Positions 1 through 8,789 of a stretch of DNA of 39,901 nucleotides are shown piece after piece. Source of the stretch: a virus (taxonomy: Duplodnaviria; Caudoviricetes); IMG/VR virus record IMGVR_UViG_3300005573_000023, positions 1 to 39,901 of that record, one strand, 5' to 3'. Within the stretch, counting starts at the first letter, position 1; each line of letters begins with the position of its first letter. The position numbers were made by a program, and so were the translations under genes. The notes beneath the pieces were generated by a model that did not search any database, was not told the origin of the DNA, and saw nothing but the letters and a program-made list of their open reading frames with translations.

Positions 1-121
1 AGGGACCGGAAAGATTGTTGGTAGAGGAAGAGGAGAAGGTGCCGTTATAATTGTCAGAGTTATTGTAGGAAATGTTGTTTTTGAGAATAACGTTTGTGGT
101 GGAAGAGCTTGAAGTAATACC
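1..121. repeat. Terminal 121-bp direct repeat (circular assembly overlap), copy 1
   Basis: Identical to 39781-39901; an ORF reads through the join in frame when one copy is removed. Confidence 0.97.
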
Positions 122-781
122 AAAAGTATGACCTACGCAGGTGTTGTTGTAAATGTAAGCATTCCGAGTTATGCCGGAACTATTACCAACGTCTATACCA
201 TATGAATTTGCATATCTTGTTCCATCAAAGTAGACGATATTGTTCCAAATAGACATATTTTGATTATATGATGATGTTCCATTAATTCCATAAGTCGCCC
301 CACTGGTCTTCGACGAACTTTGAGCTAATCTGATTAGGCAATTTGAGATATAGGTCATAGATGAGGAATTGTTATAATAAATATTAATTGCGTTTGGATA
401 CGATCCATTTGCTTGGTCATAGAGGTATATTTGAATTCCATCTATGTAAACATATTGCACTCGTATGATAAAAGCTCCTACCCAACTTGTAGTGGTGTAT
501 TCGATTCTAAATTTGCTGGGGTCATATACTCCACTATGTCTATACCCATCGCTTCGATCAGCATATATCTGGATGTAATGCGTTGGGTCTGTAGTGAAGG
601 TGTCAATATCTGTTGACGATGTAAGCGCTGCGCCGGTAGTGCATTTACATCGTGCCACCAGATAGACATCAGCAGACACCAGATTTGGGTAGCTGGTGTT
701 CATCGCCGACTCCCAGGCGGCCAACGAAGTATAGTCCCCAGAGCCTCCGGTATCTACAATTTTTTCGACCTTCACAAGCAT
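1..781 (-). CDS. 5' part of a 352-aa parallel beta-helix (pectate-lyase-like) virion/fibre protein that spans the origin; missing from the ORF track
   Basis: ATG at 781 overlaps the upstream TAA (TAATG). Hand translation MLVKVEKIVDTGGSGDYTSLAAWES...ISNCLI...IWNNIV...IYNNTC...LKNNIS is open to base 1 and continues at 39780; Asn-ladder repeats typical of beta-helices. Confidence 0.85.
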   Translation of the reverse strand, partial: MLVKVEKIVDTGGSGDYTSLAAWESAMNTSYPNLVSADVYLVARCKCTTGAALTSSTDIDTFTTDPTHYIQIYADRSDGYRHSGVYDPSKFRIEYTTTSWVGAFIIRVQYVYIDGIQIYLYDQANGSYPNAINIYYNNSSSMTYISNCLIRLAQSSSKTSGATYGINGTSSYNQNMSIWNNIVYFDGTRYANSYGIDVGNSSGITRNAYIYNNTCVGHTFGITSSSSTTNVILKNNISYNNSDNYNGTFSSSSTNNLSGP

Positions 782-1200
782 TACGCAAAATCCCCCGCAG
801 TCTCGCCGGTCTTAAGATTCCGCAAGTAATTCTTCAGGGCCGTCCAACTAACATCTTGCCCTACGACAATCTCACCTTTTTGCGTCGCCGCAGTCTTGAG
901 CGCATTGGGCACATTGTCATAGGTCAATTTCCACAACCTGCGGGCTACCATTTTCATAATAGGTAGTCCACCCGTGTCGTATAGGCCGGTATCTTCGATA
1001 TACTCTTCGATGAACTTGAGCGCTTTTTCTTTGGGAACGCCAGGAATTTTAAGGACAAAGAACTGAGGCGGCCTTTCTTCTCTGCCCCAAGGATGGCCGT
1101 CGTCCATCACCACGACCGGCATCCCAGTCTTCCAGCATCGTTTGTCCACTTCTGGATCGGGATCGGTGCGTTGGCTGAGTTTGATCAAGATTTCGCACAT
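781..1200 (-). CDS. Phage hypothetical protein, probably virion-associated (MCEILIK...; start may be up to 1287)
   Basis: ORF in the late operon, translationally coupled to the beta-helix gene. Confidence 0.7.
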   Translation of the reverse strand: MCEILIKLSQRTDPDPEVDKRCWKTGMPVVVMDDGHPWGREERPPQFFVLKIPGVPKEKALKFIEEYIEDTGLYDTGGLPIMKMVARRLWKLTYDNVPNALKTAATQKGEIVVGQDVSWTALKNYLRNLKTGETAGDFA

Positions 1201-1217
1201 AGGCAAAATGATTTCTG

Positions 1218-1236
1218 GGGGGGCAAGATGCCCCCC
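1218..1236 (-). terminator. GC hairpin after the capsid/cement genes (weak terminator or mRNA stabiliser)
   Basis: GGGGGGCA-3nt-TGCCCCCC stem with a poor U-tract. Confidence 0.45.
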
Positions 1237-1249
1237 GCAAATTGAGGGT

Positions 1250-1690
1250 TTACTTGTCGCTTTCCGAATCCATTCCGATCCAGGCATTGACCGTTCCGGC
1301 GGTCATGTCGGCGGTCCCGACCGTATAGACCAGTTTCAAATACCGGTTCAAATTGACGGGCAAAGGAACACTCAGAATGTTATACCCGGCCACCAAAGAA
1401 GCCTTTCCGATGGCTGGCGTCGCAATATTGGCCTGGGTATAGGTTCCGCCCGCTGTAGCACAGTGTTGGAGTGCAACGGTAAGGGTGGCCGATCCGGCGG
1501 AAGCAAATGCCGTTCCGACCCTAACATTCAGCCACAGAGGTTTGGCCGCCTGTCCGGGATTGGCAGAAGCGGCGCTTCCAAAGGCATCGTATCCGGCCCC
1601 AAGATCAACAGTGTTGGTGCTGTTGGCGCTCCCGACAGTGGTCAGGGCCTGGTCTTCACTGAAAATAAGTTTGGAATCCATAATAGCCAT
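1250..1690 (-). CDS. Bbp16-like capsid cement/decoration protein
   Basis: MAIMDSKLIFSEDQALT...STNTVDLG...RYLKLVYTV pattern; directly follows the major capsid gene; GGAGGT SD before ATG 1690. Confidence 0.85.
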   Translation of the reverse strand: MAIMDSKLIFSEDQALTTVGSANSTNTVDLGAGYDAFGSAASANPGQAAKPLWLNVRVGTAFASAGSATLTVALQHCATAGGTYTQANIATPAIGKASLVAGYNILSVPLPVNLNRYLKLVYTVGTADMTAGTVNAWIGMDSESDK

Positions 1691-1703
1691 ATCATTCACC
1701 TCC

Positions 1704-2672
1704 CTACGAGACCTGAGATTCGGTATCGAGGATAGCATCCACTTTCCGAACCGGGCAGCCCCGAACACTGGTCACAGGAACGCCAAAGGCGTCCTTGACG
1801 GGGTAAATCACGTTACTTTTATCATTAGCCAGCTTATCCAAATAGCTCTTCATTGTGGCGTTGGCATACAGGATGCAGCCCTTCCCTGACATGGGCATGC
1901 GGTTCAAGGCCTCGATGATCAGGTCCACGTCAATGATGTTGGTGGTCCCGCTCGTCTCACAGTTGGCAATCCGGAAGATGCAGCGCTCGTCTTTGACCAC
2001 CAGCCCACACTTGACCTGAAAATGATCACGATAAACCTGCCACATATAGCCACTGCTATCCACTTTGGTCACTTCACCCAGATCGGTATGGGTAATCCCT
2101 CCGGACTTAGAGCCCTTAGGATAAACCATAAAAACACGATTTTCGCCCCATTGCACCCCATACAGGGACGTCAAATCGCTTCCTGTTCCACCAGCTCCAT
2201 AAACATTGGTCTGGGACAAGGCGTCCAGCCTGGGGGCTAAACCGGTAAATTTTTCGGGATCAACCATCGCATTGCCATAGATCACGGTGGAGGCCAGGGT
2301 CTGAGATAGACCCTCCAAAAAGGCCACCGCCTCAGAGTTGCGGAAGGCCCTGGGATCGGGAGCGGCCAGAACCAGATCCTTATCGGCCTCGGAATAGGTC
2401 TCAAGCATCCCGATCGTTTCGGTTACCGGCTTGGTTTGCGAGGCCTCGGCCGCCACACCGGAGTTCAACTTCCGCCACGACCCGGAGGGTAAGGATAGAC
2501 GCTGAACGATCCGATGGGCAAAAGTATCATTCGCTTCGAGCCAAGGCGCATCCTGAAGGATTTCGTTATCCCGCGAGAGTACCTCGGCGATAATCGCCAT
2601 ATTCCCTTTCGGATCCATGCGATTGGCAAGTTCCAAAAGGGTGAGTTGACTGTATGTATTCAAGGTTGCCAT
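1704..2672 (-). CDS. Major capsid protein (BPP-1 Bbp17-like, HK97 fold)
   Basis: LTLLELANR...NEILQDAPWLEAN...WRKLNSGV...FTGLAPR...PVRKVDAILDTE; follows the scaffold gene; AGGAGG SD. Confidence 0.92.
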   Translation of the reverse strand: MATLNTYSQLTLLELANRMDPKGNMAIIAEVLSRDNEILQDAPWLEANDTFAHRIVQRLSLPSGSWRKLNSGVAAEASQTKPVTETIGMLETYSEADKDLVLAAPDPRAFRNSEAVAFLEGLSQTLASTVIYGNAMVDPEKFTGLAPRLDALSQTNVYGAGGTGSDLTSLYGVQWGENRVFMVYPKGSKSGGITHTDLGEVTKVDSSGYMWQVYRDHFQVKCGLVVKDERCIFRIANCETSGTTNIIDVDLIIEALNRMPMSGKGCILYANATMKSYLDKLANDKSNVIYPVKDAFGVPVTSVRGCPVRKVDAILDTESQVS

Positions 2673-2688
2673 GTATACCTCCTATTAG

Positions 2689-3369
2689 CTATCCCGTCTT
2701 TTCCATCGACGGGAAGGTCAAAAGCGGTTCTCCGCCAAGTGTTCGCCTGATTGTTTCCGGTTTTCGCTTCCCCAAAACCAAGGAATCCTCCGATATTGCG
2801 TCACCTATGGCCGTGAACGCCTTGACCAGAAGAGGATTGTCCCCCAGGCCGGTCTGGTCCAGGAAGGCAACCAACTCTTCACTGCCGAAGGTCTTCAGGG
2901 CCTTTCTGGCCGTCTCCAGTTTTTTTTCGAAATCCCCCTTCCATTCATCTTTCAGGGATTTGCGCATCTTTTCCCGGAGTTCGTCCTGTTGTTCCTTGAT
3001 CCGCTTCACGCCGTCGTTCCACCATTCGGCCAATGATTTGGCCTGTTCGGCCGTCAGCTTTGCCTGGTGGGCGGCGGCCTTGAATTCGGATATGAATTTC
3101 TCGTCTTTCGGCAGATCCGCCGGTAGAGGGATATCATATTCTTCAGGCTTCTCCGGAATTTTGGGCATCCCCTTGATCAGCTCTATATAGCGGGCTGCTA
3201 AAGTGCCCACATCCGGAATATCCTTGAAACCCTCATGTCCCCTTAGATCTTCCGGTAAAGATTCGATGAACGCATTACCTTGGTCATCTTGGTTGTTTTC
3301 GCCTCCGTTCCCCTGTCCTTCGGTGGCAGCCTGAGAACCGGCCCCTTCGGCAAAATTTTCTTCTGACAT
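2689..3369 (-). CDS. Capsid scaffolding protein
   Basis: Acidic low-complexity N-terminus; PEKPEEY, LKDEWKGDF, GLGDNP, IGDAISED motifs; position before the capsid gene. Confidence 0.85.
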   Translation of the reverse strand: MSEENFAEGAGSQAATEGQGNGGENNQDDQGNAFIESLPEDLRGHEGFKDIPDVGTLAARYIELIKGMPKIPEKPEEYDIPLPADLPKDEKFISEFKAAAHQAKLTAEQAKSLAEWWNDGVKRIKEQQDELREKMRKSLKDEWKGDFEKKLETARKALKTFGSEELVAFLDQTGLGDNPLLVKAFTAIGDAISEDSLVLGKRKPETIRRTLGGEPLLTFPSMEKTG

Positions 3370-3381
3370 AGACACCTCCCA

Positions 3382-3513
3382 TTATTTTCCTTTATATCCG
3401 TGAGCATAAGCGGCCCGGCCTTGCTTCTCGGCCTTCTTCTTGGCCCCCTTGCCGTGATAGATTTTTCCGTGTTTGCCCCATTGCCAACCGCCCTTGACTC
3501 GATGCACAGGCAT
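3382..3513 (-). CDS. Small basic phage protein, 43 aa (MPVHRVKGGWQWGKHGKIYHGKGAKKKAEKQGRAAYAHGYKGK); not in the ORF track
   Basis: GGAGGT SD, fills the gap between genes, resembles a recurrent small phage family. Confidence 0.8.
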   Translation of the reverse strand: MPVHRVKGGWQWGKHGKIYHGKGAKKKAEKQGRAAYAHGYKGK

Positions 3514-3525
3514 TTTGCACCTCCA

Positions 3526-3822
3526 TTATTCATTGATTTCTTTTTTCAACCGCTCCAGGCCTTCCGCCGTAGCCATTTCTCTCATGGCCAAGAGATAGAG
3601 GCCGATGTTTCTTTCCCCTTCGAGAAAAAAAGTTTTCGAATTGCCAGTAAAGGTCGTACTGAAAACATGGCACCGCTCCAAGAGATGCCGATAAATTCTT
3701 TTTCCGCTCTCCGTCGAAAAGGTTTTCTCAAAATCGTGCAGGAGATTCTTGAACTCCAGGTCCTTTTTTTTCGCCTCATCCTGAACCTGCTGGACTTCTT
3801 CGTGCAAAATATCCGATTCCAT
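3526..3822 (-). CDS. Bbp19-like protein
   Basis: TFSTESGKRI...LLERCHVF...FLEGERNIGL motif; lies between portal and scaffold. Confidence 0.85.
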   Translation of the reverse strand: MESDILHEEVQQVQDEAKKKDLEFKNLLHDFEKTFSTESGKRIYRHLLERCHVFSTTFTGNSKTFFLEGERNIGLYLLAMREMATAEGLERLKKEINE

Positions 3823-3823
3823 A

Positions 3824-5473
3824 TCACATCCCCAACCCGCTCAAGAGATCGCCCAAAACATTCCCTTCTTCCGTTCGGGTCTCCGACAGGGTCTTGGCTG
3901 CCCCTATTTCGTTCATCGCCGCTTCGGCCTGCTTCTGCTCTTCCATCATCTTCTGCCTGGCCGCCCTCATCTCCTGGACCCGATCATCCGGCAATATGAC
4001 CTTTGCCGGCACCCCAACCATCTCCGCAAATTGATCCACCGCCTCATCGGCATTAAATTTGTCCAGGACCTCGGGTTTGAACTGGGCAAGGCCGGCAACG
4101 AAATCTGCGGCCGCCCTGATCGACTGCGTCCCGATCATCCTCTGGGCCTGGGCCAAGATTGAGACGTAATCCACCTTCAGGTCTTGACCTATAATCTCTT
4201 GCGGTGGTGGTGGAACCATGCCCCGACGAACCATGATGCCGAAGGTTCTGTCAATGACCCGATCATGAAATTCGGTGGAATGCCGGTCAATGAACGGTCC
4301 CAATATCAGTTTCTCCTCGTGCCGCTCCATGACCTCACGGGCCGTCATTTGCGGGTTATCACTTTGGGTGAGCATCAGAAAAATGTCGTTGAAAAAGGCC
4401 CGCCGGATCGATAATTCGATCCTGGCGATCCTCTGCTCTACGCCGCCGAAATCCGTATTGACCTGATATAATGGCTCGGCCCTCCCCATGGTTTGGGTGT
4501 CGATATAATTGATCGCACCTGGTAGTAGAGACACTACCCCCTTGAAGCCAGAAGGGACCGACATGGGCGGATCTACATGCTTGTGCAACGCCTTCAGGGT
4601 GGTCTTTTCTATTTCATTCAGCATCTTGACATTGGACAAGACCTTCATGGCTTGGGACCGGCCATACACGTCCGGGCCAGATGTATTCCAGCGTGGCACG
4701 AAATAGGGGAATTCTTCGTATCCGCCCACCCAGAGAGGTTTATCCAGGTTGCCCATTTCCAGATAGACCGATTCATAGGGCATGTTCAACCGATCCAGCT
4801 TGCCGCTGTCTCTCTCTCTGCGGGGTTGGACGACGTGGAGGATCTCCATCCATTCGTGGGGAGACCTGTCCACCTGATTGCGTCTCGTCTCGGAGAGGTT
4901 CTCGATCCCAAAAGATGCAGCCGCATTCTTGACCGTCATCCAATAACGGCGGTATAAGGTGTCCACTAAGCCATTGTGTCCCTCTGCGATACAGTATTCG
5001 CCGACGGCGCAGGGACGGAACCAGATGGTTGTGGTTGGGGATTCTTCTTCATACATACATGAAATGCCAAAACCAAGAATATCTGCATAAAGAGACATTA
5101 CGGCTGCATAAAAATTGGATTTGGTGAACAGTCGATACATGAGCTGCTCGACATAATCCAGCCATTCCCTCACCGGGCCATATCTGGCCAGTTCGGCATC
5201 GGCTAAGGTCAGGCGAAACCAGGGGCGGGAGGGGGAAGTCAACCCCATCTGCATCCCGGCGGCCCCTCTATCCAGGGCTTCCTCGGCCACACCATTAATG
5301 ATCTTGGACCGTCTCTTTTCGCCCCGGTTGGGTTGCTGCCCCTCCCGCGAGAAAAATCCGCTGTCGGGCAAAATATATTCCTGGATTTCTTTCCAGTACG
5401 CCTCCCAAGGAGACCGCTCTTCTTCTAATTCGGCCAGGCGATCAAAATATTCTTGTATCTGTTCTCGCTCCAT
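3824..5473 (-). CDS. Portal (head-tail connector) protein, T7/BPP-1 type
   Basis: LTSPSRPWFRL, PRW...YGRS, MTAREVMERHEEK, SILAQAQR motifs; 549 aa. Confidence 0.95.
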   Translation of the reverse strand: MEREQIQEYFDRLAELEEERSPWEAYWKEIQEYILPDSGFFSREGQQPNRGEKRRSKIINGVAEEALDRGAAGMQMGLTSPSRPWFRLTLADAELARYGPVREWLDYVEQLMYRLFTKSNFYAAVMSLYADILGFGISCMYEEESPTTTIWFRPCAVGEYCIAEGHNGLVDTLYRRYWMTVKNAAASFGIENLSETRRNQVDRSPHEWMEILHVVQPRRERDSGKLDRLNMPYESVYLEMGNLDKPLWVGGYEEFPYFVPRWNTSGPDVYGRSQAMKVLSNVKMLNEIEKTTLKALHKHVDPPMSVPSGFKGVVSLLPGAINYIDTQTMGRAEPLYQVNTDFGGVEQRIARIELSIRRAFFNDIFLMLTQSDNPQMTAREVMERHEEKLILGPFIDRHSTEFHDRVIDRTFGIMVRRGMVPPPPQEIIGQDLKVDYVSILAQAQRMIGTQSIRAAADFVAGLAQFKPEVLDKFNADEAVDQFAEMVGVPAKVILPDDRVQEMRAARQKMMEEQKQAEAAMNEIGAAKTLSETRTEEGNVLGDLLSGLGM

Positions 5474-5475
5474 TG

Positions 5476-6021
5476 CTATTCACCCAAAAGGGTTTTTCGT
5501 TTTGTGGGTGCAGGGGAGGTTGCGCCGGTCCCGCCGGTCATCATGGTTGACTTTCTTCCGGCGGCGCCGGAGGCCAGACGACGACGCAGATTCTCGGTAT
5601 AGGCCTGCTCCTGGGCCTCTGATTCGGCCTTTGCCTTGGCCAGGCGCTCCTGCTCCCTCATATAGGCGTCATACTGCATGGCCAACATGTCGGATTGGAG
5701 GTTGTAATATTCCCCCATCATCTGAGCATATTGCTGGTTCTGCTCCTCGATTGCTGCGTTATGCCTGGCTAGTTCGGCTCGGGCCGCCGCCGCATCTTCT
5801 TCAGCTTTTCTCTTGTCCGCCTCTTCCTGTTCTTTTTCTCGCTTAACGTCTGCCTCAGCCTCTCCCCAAGTCTCCACGACATCTTTGATGCCATAGGCCG
5901 AGGCAATGCCCGGATCAAAAGAGAGACCCAAATACTTCCAGGGATCGTTTTCAATTCTCTGCCATCCCTTACTGGCACCCCGCATAAACAAATCAAAAAA
6001 ATCTCCCTTATTGCCGCCCAT
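5476..6021 (-). CDS. Virion assembly protein preceding the portal
   Basis: MGGNKG start, coiled coil, C-terminal GRKSTMMTGGTG...KTLLGE typical of pre-portal proteins in this phage group. Confidence 0.7.
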   Translation of the reverse strand: MGGNKGDFFDLFMRGASKGWQRIENDPWKYLGLSFDPGIASAYGIKDVVETWGEAEADVKREKEQEEADKRKAEEDAAAARAELARHNAAIEEQNQQYAQMMGEYYNLQSDMLAMQYDAYMREQERLAKAKAESEAQEQAYTENLRRRLASGAAGRKSTMMTGGTGATSPAPTKRKTLLGE

Positions 6022-7495
6022 CTTTCCCCCCCATCGAATAATCCAAAACATCATATTCAATCTTCGCCTGCTGCCGGGCCCGCTCTCTGCCTCGCCATCC
6101 CTCTTTTCTGACAGGCCGTGCGAAGGAGAGGGCCAAGGCATCGGCCCGGTTCGGCGAGGGCAATCCCCGCTTTTTCATGTCGTCCTTCGATTCCAGGAGT
6201 AGCTTCCCGGCATTTTTCCCCGTGGCAATCACATGGGCCTCCGGTCCTATCAGGTCGTCGCACAACACACGATCATCTGGGATAGCCCCCCCATCCCGCA
6301 ACCATTGCTTCATCTGCGCCCACATATACATCCGTAGGTTGGCATATTGGGGATCCGGAGATGCCTCCCCGAAGGGGACAAGGATCCAGTCCCGTCCCAA
6401 TTGCTTGCCCGCCGAATAGACCCCGGTCCCATAGCCAAAATCGATAAACACGGCATCTGCCTGGTGCTCATCCTCCAGCCTGGCCAGATGACCCGCAATG
6501 ACCATGTCGTTGTCGTTCTTCTGAAAAGTAGCCAAGATCGAAAAGACCAGGCCCTGCCTCATCCCGATCACCGTTTCATCGCTCCCTGTCCAGGCGTTGT
6601 CGAGGGTAATGATCTTGGGTGCCCACTGATATTTGGTGATATGATACTGCCTGGCCCTCGCCTCCTCGACATACTCGCGGGGGATGAATTGATGATCCGA
6701 GGCAGAGGGGAATTGCCCGAGAATGCGGACCTTAACAAAGTCGGAATCCAGCCCATAATCCTCAATCCATTGATTGATCTGGTCCTTGTTTGTCCGGGTG
6801 ACCGAGCGGCTATCTATTTGCCGGGTGATCCAGCGTGTGCGGAACCGGTGGAAGCAATCAAAGAATCGCCCCTGATTGCGTGTTGGGTTGCCGAAGGCCA
6901 ACCAGAAGGCTCCCCTCTCGGTCATGGCCCCCTCGGTTACCTCCCAGATCACATCATCGATCAGTGAGGCTTCGTCATAAATGATCAGGACATTTTCCTC
7001 ATGCGTGCCGGCAAAGGCTTCTGACCGTTCTCTGGTCCATGGGATCGCTGAGGCGAACCAGGTCTCCGGATGTGGGACGAAGTAGAACTTTGTGGCCGTC
7101 CATTCAAACCAATGGGCATGTATGGCCAAACGATGCCACTTGGCCAATTCACGCCATGTTTTGGTTGTGAGTTGGGTTTGGGTATTGGCCGTGACGACGA
7201 TCTGGGGGTGGGCGCGGGTTGAGATGAACCAGAGGATGATCCAGGAGACCAGGGCTGTCTTGCCGATGCCATGTCCAGAGGCTACCGCCACCCGCACAGA
7301 CTCCCGTGACGTCAGGGTGGCCTTCCCGACCTCCGCCAGGATGTCTGCCTGCCAGGCCTCCGGACCGTCCTCACTGGCAAGCGGCCCCTCGCCCCAAGGA
7401 AAAATGTAATGAACGAAGCCAAGAGGGTCGTCGTAGAACTGGGCGACGTGATCCATCAGGGTCTCATCACGTCTATTGGCCGTCATCACCGCCAT
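6008..7495 (-). CDS. terL: Terminase large subunit
   Basis: Walker A ASGHGIGKT, Walker B IIYDEAS, FGNP, C-terminal SPNRADAL nuclease motif. Confidence 0.96.
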   Translation of the reverse strand: MAVMTANRRDETLMDHVAQFYDDPLGFVHYIFPWGEGPLASEDGPEAWQADILAEVGKATLTSRESVRVAVASGHGIGKTALVSWIILWFISTRAHPQIVVTANTQTQLTTKTWRELAKWHRLAIHAHWFEWTATKFYFVPHPETWFASAIPWTRERSEAFAGTHEENVLIIYDEASLIDDVIWEVTEGAMTERGAFWLAFGNPTRNQGRFFDCFHRFRTRWITRQIDSRSVTRTNKDQINQWIEDYGLDSDFVKVRILGQFPSASDHQFIPREYVEEARARQYHITKYQWAPKIITLDNAWTGSDETVIGMRQGLVFSILATFQKNDNDMVIAGHLARLEDEHQADAVFIDFGYGTGVYSAGKQLGRDWILVPFGEASPDPQYANLRMYMWAQMKQWLRDGGAIPDDRVLCDDLIGPEAHVIATGKNAGKLLLESKDDMKKRGLPSPNRADALALSFARPVRKEGWRGRERARQQAKIEYDVLDYSMGGKDGRQ

Positions 7496-8057
7496 GCGCT
7501 TTTCTTTTGGCCGCTCTGAGTCGCTCCTCCAGATTGGCGATCGTTACGTCTTCGAGTTCGACACGCTCCGCCCACAGGCGGAGATATTTGGCGAGCTTTT
7601 CCAAGGCCGCGGGCTTGTCCCAGAGTTTGATCTTGCTGATTTTGGCCCCGTCTCTGCCATCGATGACGTCCAGGCTGGCAATGGATGCGGCCGTGGCGTC
7701 ATCCCACTCCGATGGTCTCTTGATGGTGCCGTCCTCATTGAGGATTTTGCGCAGATCGGCCATCGCCAAATAGGCGAGTTGCTTGAGGACATTATTTTTG
7801 GTGACGCCAGATCTTTTCAAGATATCTTCTTCGTATAGCCGCACCGCCGCCTGGACCTGTTCGCACCCGCGGCGGCTGCTCAGGATGGTAGAGGCGAGAG
7901 AGTCGGCCGATCTCGGCGAGTATCCGGCGGCTATGGCCGAGGCCCTGGCGTTGTGAGTGATGGCGTAATGGTAAGCAAATATCCGTTGCCTGTAGGTTAG
8001 TCCGAGCTCACGGATACCCGGGATGTCAAGATTGGCTTCAGTTTTTTTTCTGCCCAT
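7473..8057 (-). CDS. terS: Terminase small subunit
   Basis: LTYRQRIFA...NARASAIAAGYS HTH and KIKLWDKPAALEKLAKYL; directly upstream of terL. Confidence 0.92.
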   Translation of the reverse strand: MGRKKTEANLDIPGIRELGLTYRQRIFAYHYAITHNARASAIAAGYSPRSADSLASTILSSRRGCEQVQAAVRLYEEDILKRSGVTKNNVLKQLAYLAMADLRKILNEDGTIKRPSEWDDATAASIASLDVIDGRDGAKISKIKLWDKPAALEKLAKYLRLWAERVELEDVTIANLEERLRAAKRKAHGGDDGQ

Positions 8058-8064
8058 ACCATGG

Positions 8065-8092
8065 CAGATAACATTTTTATTTGTGCTGTCAA
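8065..8092 (-). promoter_or_regulatory. Candidate late promoter for terS (possibly leaderless)
   Basis: Minus-strand TTGACA (8092-8087), 16 bp, TG-T-TATCTG; the A of ATG 8057 follows 7 nt later; no SD. Confidence 0.5.
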
Positions 8093-8156
8093 ACCGACGC
8101 TAAGGGCGACACCAAGGTAGCGAAACATAGATATGTTCTTCAAGGTTACGAAAAAG

Positions 8157-8203
8157 CCACAATATATTGTGGTTTGAATATTTTTAGACGCTATATCTTG
8201 TAG
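8157..8203. promoter_or_regulatory. Tandem NrdR-type boxes, pair 1
   Basis: CCACAATATATTGTGG (8157-8172, perfect palindrome) and ACGCTATATCTTGTAG (8188-8203); match acaCwAtATaTwGtg; starts 31 bp apart. Confidence 0.75.
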
Positions 8204-8263
8204 CCTGCAAATATTCTTCTCTGGCAATGTGATCCATTTCCCATTTTCGTCTTCCGTTTTTTC

Positions 8264-8279
8264 TGGCACACTTCTTGCT
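8264..8279 (+). promoter_or_regulatory. Sigma54 (RpoN) -24/-12 promoter
   Basis: TGGCAC-ACTTC-TTGCT matches TGGCAC-N5-TTGCW. Confidence 0.6.
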
Positions 8280-8292
8280 TCCAAGCCCCAAG

Positions 8293-8339
8293 ACACAATA
8301 TCTTGCGGTCACTTCTCAGCCCACCACAACATATCGTAT
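8293..8339. promoter_or_regulatory. Tandem NrdR-type boxes, pair 2
   Basis: ACACAATATCTTGCGG (8293-8308) and CCACAACATATCGTAT (8324-8339); starts again 31 bp apart. Confidence 0.7.
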
Positions 8340-8340
8340 C

Positions 8341-8400
8341 TAAAAATTTTTAATTTTTTTGCATTTTTTTCTTGACAACAAGCTAATCATGATATATATT
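8341..8400 (+). promoter_or_regulatory. Strong sigma70 promoter with UP-like element for the MoxR/vWA operon
   Basis: A/T tracts 8341-8370, TTGACA 8372-8377, 17 bp, TATATT 8395-8400. Confidence 0.85.
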
Positions 8401-8422
8401 ATGATCAAAAAATAAAGGAGGA

Positions 8423-8773
8423 ATGATCATAAACAAAACGCATCTGGACCTGTATGGGATTACCCGCTCAATGAGTGGAGTGGTGATCTATGGCCGAGAG
8501 GCCCTAGTCTGTAATTGGGCCTCTATTGATGGCCTACCCCGCCTGGACCCTATGGGCGTCCGGGTTATCGGCCTCGGGGAGGAGATCCCCGAGGTGGAGG
8601 GCCGGGACGCAACCGGCCCAGAAATAGCCGCCATCCTCGGCGGCGTCCGGATAATATATTCGGACGCCCCAGCAGGGGACATTGATGACCTATTCCGTGG
8701 CCGGTGCCCCGGGAAGGTCTATAGCTTCCCGGAATTCGGGGCGATCGTAATCGCCCCGTGCGGCTGGAATTGA
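8423..8773 (+). CDS. Hypothetical protein, first gene of the accessory operon
   Basis: 116-aa ORF behind the promoter; AGGAGG is unusually close to the ATG, so the start is uncertain. Confidence 0.75.
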   Translation: MIINKTHLDLYGITRSMSGVVIYGREALVCNWASIDGLPRLDPMGVRVIGLGEEIPEVEGRDATGPEIAAILGGVRIIYSDAPAGDIDDLFRGRCPGKVYSFPEFGAIVIAPCGWN

Positions 8774-8789
8774 GTCGGAGAGGAAGGCC

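Noticed and set aside
1-121. Biological terminal repeat of the virion DNA
   Set aside because: It falls mid-gene and its length is k-mer-like; best explained as assembly overlap.
8124-8137. AACATAGATATGTT palindrome as a fifth NrdR box or SOS box
   Set aside because: Core positions fit neither NrdR nor GAAC-N4-GTTC; single copy.
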